Of a DNA stretch of 35,729 nucleotides, positions 32,549 to 35,729 are shown piece after piece; positions within the stretch are counted from its first letter, which is position 1, and each line of letters starts with the position of its first letter. Location of the stretch: assembly GCA_051941275.1 (NCBI GenBank), contig JAVEBF010000067.1, forward strand, positions 1 through 35,729. Direction: 5' to 3'. The notes under the pieces were generated by a model. That model was given only the letters and a program-made list of their open reading frames with translations. It was not told where the DNA came from and made no database searches. Source of the stretch: Dirinaria sp. TL-2023a (lineage: Eukaryota). The position numbers and the translations under genes are program-made.

Positions 32549-35459
32549 ATGGAGACTTTCGCCGAACGACTTGCATCGTTCGACGCTGCTTATCCAGCAA
32601 CCAAGAAGAGGACCTCATCGGCCAAGGGAGTGAAAACCTTGAAGTGGCCCCATCAAAATCCGTCCCCGGCCGAGGTACGCATCGAGAGGTCACGTATAAT
32701 GTAGGGGATAAAGCTGATACCCCATAGCTTGCTGAAGCTGGTTTCTTCTACAGCCCTACTTCGAGCTGTCCGGACAATGCGACTTGCTTCCTTTGCAAAA
32801 GCGACCTGGACGCTTGGGAGTCTGATGACAACCCTGCAGCTGAGCATTTAAAGCTTGCGCCTACATGCGGCTGGGCCATCAATGTCTGCATTGAGCAGTC
32901 TATTGTGGTCAGCTTCCAGCAAGATGAGGCACCTAACTCTGCTAGGATGTCAGATGCTCGCAAAATGACTTTCGGGTCGAGATGGCCGCATGAGGCAAAA
33001 AGGGGCTGGGTATGCAAGACGCAAAAGGTGATTGCATGGCCAATCCATCACTAAAAATCGGTTATACTGACTGACTGTTGTAGATGGTTGATGCAGGATG
33101 GTTCTATTGCCCCACGAACGAAAGCGAGGATTTTGTTCGATGCGCATACTGCAACTTGTGTCTCGATGGCTGGGAGCCAAAAGATAACCCATAGTAGGAG
33201 CCAGCTTCGCTCCTTCCGAATTGAAGTGGACTAACGTGGCCCAGTGACGAGCATCAGCGAAGATCCCCCGACTGCCTTTTCTTTAGCCAGCTGGTTCCCC
33301 AAAAAAAGACTGGGAAAGGCAAGAAAGGCCGCACAATAAAAGCATCTCGAATATCAACTCAGTCCAATGTCACAGACTATTTCGAGGATGCCTCCATAGC
33401 TGGCTCTACCATGAACCTCAACGACAGCGTTATGATCATCGGCGAGAGCTCTGCAAAGGGCGCCAAAACAGTAAAAGGATCCAAGACAGCCGCGGAAGGC
33501 AGAAAAGGGAATAATAGAACTAAGGGGAAGGCTGCAAAGGCCGGCATCGATGCATCCCTACAGGCCAGTAGTTTCGTGGAACCCGAAGATGATGATTTCG
33601 ACGTAAAGCTTTCTGAGCCTAAAAAAACTTCCAGAGGCAGAAAAAGGAAGAGTGAGCAGATGGAAGACGACCTGGAGAAGTCTGAGGCAAGCAATGTCAA
33701 GGTACCGACTGGGCCACCAGCTGCTAAAAAACGTGCCACAAGGACAAGGGCCAGTAGCGTTCAACCTCCGAATGAAGCAAATCTAGTCGTGCTCGAAGAT
33801 GAAGTCAAAGATGTCCACATGACCGATTCTGAGGCTATGCCTCCACCTCCACCAGTATCGAAGAAAGGCGGAAGAAAGAAAAGATCTTCCGGATTACGCA
33901 AAGTCTCCACAACATCCACGGCGTCTATGGCGTCGCTCAGAGCCCCTGTTCTCAACGACGAGGATATCGATGCGGTACTAGAAGCGGACCTTGATCGGCC
34001 ATTGACTGACGATGAAGCTGATGCTGAGAACCTGCCAAGAACTCTTCCCAAGACAAGGAGACTAACACGGACGAGACCTGGGTCTAGAAATGGCATAGCT
34101 TCAATCGCGCCAGCTCGGAGGACGACACGTGCCAGTACGATACCTACGGATGACATAGCAGAGTCTGAATTGGCGCCAGAACCCAAGCGTGAGCCCAACC
34201 CGAAAGCCAAAGCGTCCAACAGTGGAAAGGCGCGCAAGGTGTCCAAAAGACAGCCAGAGGCGTCAGGGACGGATGTTGAGAATGGCACTCTGGAACTCCC
34301 AGATGAACCTGAAAAGCCTCTAGAACCCGTTGCCCCAACCCATCCTGAGCGGAAAGAGCAAAGAAAGCGGCAAGTATCGCATCAAGCGCCAGCTCGCAGG
34401 ACACAAGCAACAGGACCAAAGTCAGCTCCTGATAGCGGCAATACTGAGCTTGGCATCAATAGCTCCGCGCTCAACAGTTCCGTCCTTGGATCTCGCACTG
34501 CTGAAGATGACTCTGGTCATGAGACTGATGCGAGTCTTGCGAACCGAGCCTCAAAGAAAAGGGCTCCCAAAAAGGGTACTGCCAAAGGCAAAAAATCCAA
34601 AGCTGGTCAAAAAGCTGGTATGATGAGCCGGAACATTGAGGATATTGTTCAATCAGTTGCAGAGCCTGAGGATCCAGTTGAAAGCGCTGTGCCAGAGCCG
34701 CTCGATTTAGCTGAAGAGCGTATCATGCCCGCAGTTGAGGAACCAGAAAACGCTGCGTCGAAGAAGAACTCGAAGAAAAAGACAAGTAAACAAACCCGGG
34801 CGAATGCTGCCAAAGAAAAGTTTGTTACTGTACCGTCTTCGCCGCCACCGAGTCAGATGAGCGAGCTTTGGACGGATCAGCCACTGGGAGAGTCCACGCC
34901 GTTGCAATCGAAGAGACCCGATATCTCAGAATCTACACCGGCCGAGGCTTCTCAGGAAGCGTCAGATCTAGGCACGGCTCAGCTTCACAAAACATCACCA
35001 AAACTCATGACCGCGCAAAGAACACCCACAGCAGCAGTATCACCTCAGTCCTCTGACGCCGAGAATCAACCACCTTCATCACGACCATCAGCGCTACGTC
35101 CACCTCTAGAAGTGCACTCGCCTTCCAAAGCACAAACCATACGTATTCCGTTGGCGGCAAGTACTCCAACTGCATCACCTTCGAAGCGCAACATCGCAAC
35201 TAGCATGCCATGGGCGGCAGTTGATTTTGAGAAATTCCTTTCCGCTTCACCGAATCCTGATAAGGAAAATGCCGCCGAAGTATTCAAGGCGCAATTGACA
35301 AGCCCAGAGAAGAAGCTCACGGTAGAGGAATGGATCTTTCACAATGCTCAAAAAGCGGAGGAGCGGCTGCGCAATGAGTGCGAGCGATTGGTTGGCAGGT
35401 TTGAGGGAGAGGGCGTCAGAGCGCTCAAGACCCTGGAAGGGATTGTATGTACGGAATAA
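32549..35459 (+). CDS. BIR1: Chromosomal passenger BIR-domain protein (survivin/Bir1)
   Basis: Two BIR repeats: RLASF...WPH...|LAEAGFFY...CFLC...WESDDNPAAEHLKLAPTC and RKMTF...WPH...|MVDAGW...CAYC...WEPKDNPY|DEHQRRSPDC. Long disordered linker; C-terminal LTVEEWI...ECERLV helix. Introns 32675-32727, 33028-33083, 33194-33244. Confidence 0.94.
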
Positions 35460-35729
35460 AACTGTTTGGATGTCCGTGACTCGAGTGCGGCTAGTCGACC
35501 TATTTGCCGTTATTGGATCCTAGCGACACCGTAAATAATTGATAGCAACAAATGGCGTTTTGTTTCCCTTTCGTTCAATTCCATCCACTCTCAATGTTTG
35601 AATAATATGGTAGCACCTCTATCCCAAACATCGACCATTACCCGTGCCCTCGAATACAACGCACCAAAATGACTCCAACCCCGACCAGCGCCATCGCAAC
35701 AACCCAATATACATCCACAACTCCCCCTC

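Overview
Eukaryotic, intron-containing, gene-dense DNA from a filamentous ascomycete (Pezizomycotina-type proteins; short GT-AG introns with CTRAY branch sites). I can build 12 protein-coding gene models by hand: BUD6/AIP3 (5'-truncated), a Cys-rich secreted/GPI-type protein, an unknown disordered protein with NPF/DPF motifs, UTP25, eIF3f, a GH81 endo-1,3-beta-glucanase, an EamA/DMT transporter, EFM6, LTN1/RKR1, RAD3/XPD, TAM41 and BIR1. No transposon, CRISPR, rRNA or canonical tRNA is visible. The best candidate for something undescribed is a roughly 100-nt structured intergenic element at 19431-19530 with a U6-like RNA polymerase III layout (upstream TATA, internal A box, T5 terminator, downstream B box). 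I cannot assign it to a known ncRNA family. Secondary observations concern splicing oddities (micro-exons, AAG acceptors, a possible stwintron, a hidden TAM41 first exon) and motif clusters in divergent promoters. Gene identities come from recognising protein motifs by eye; no database search or folding calculation was run.
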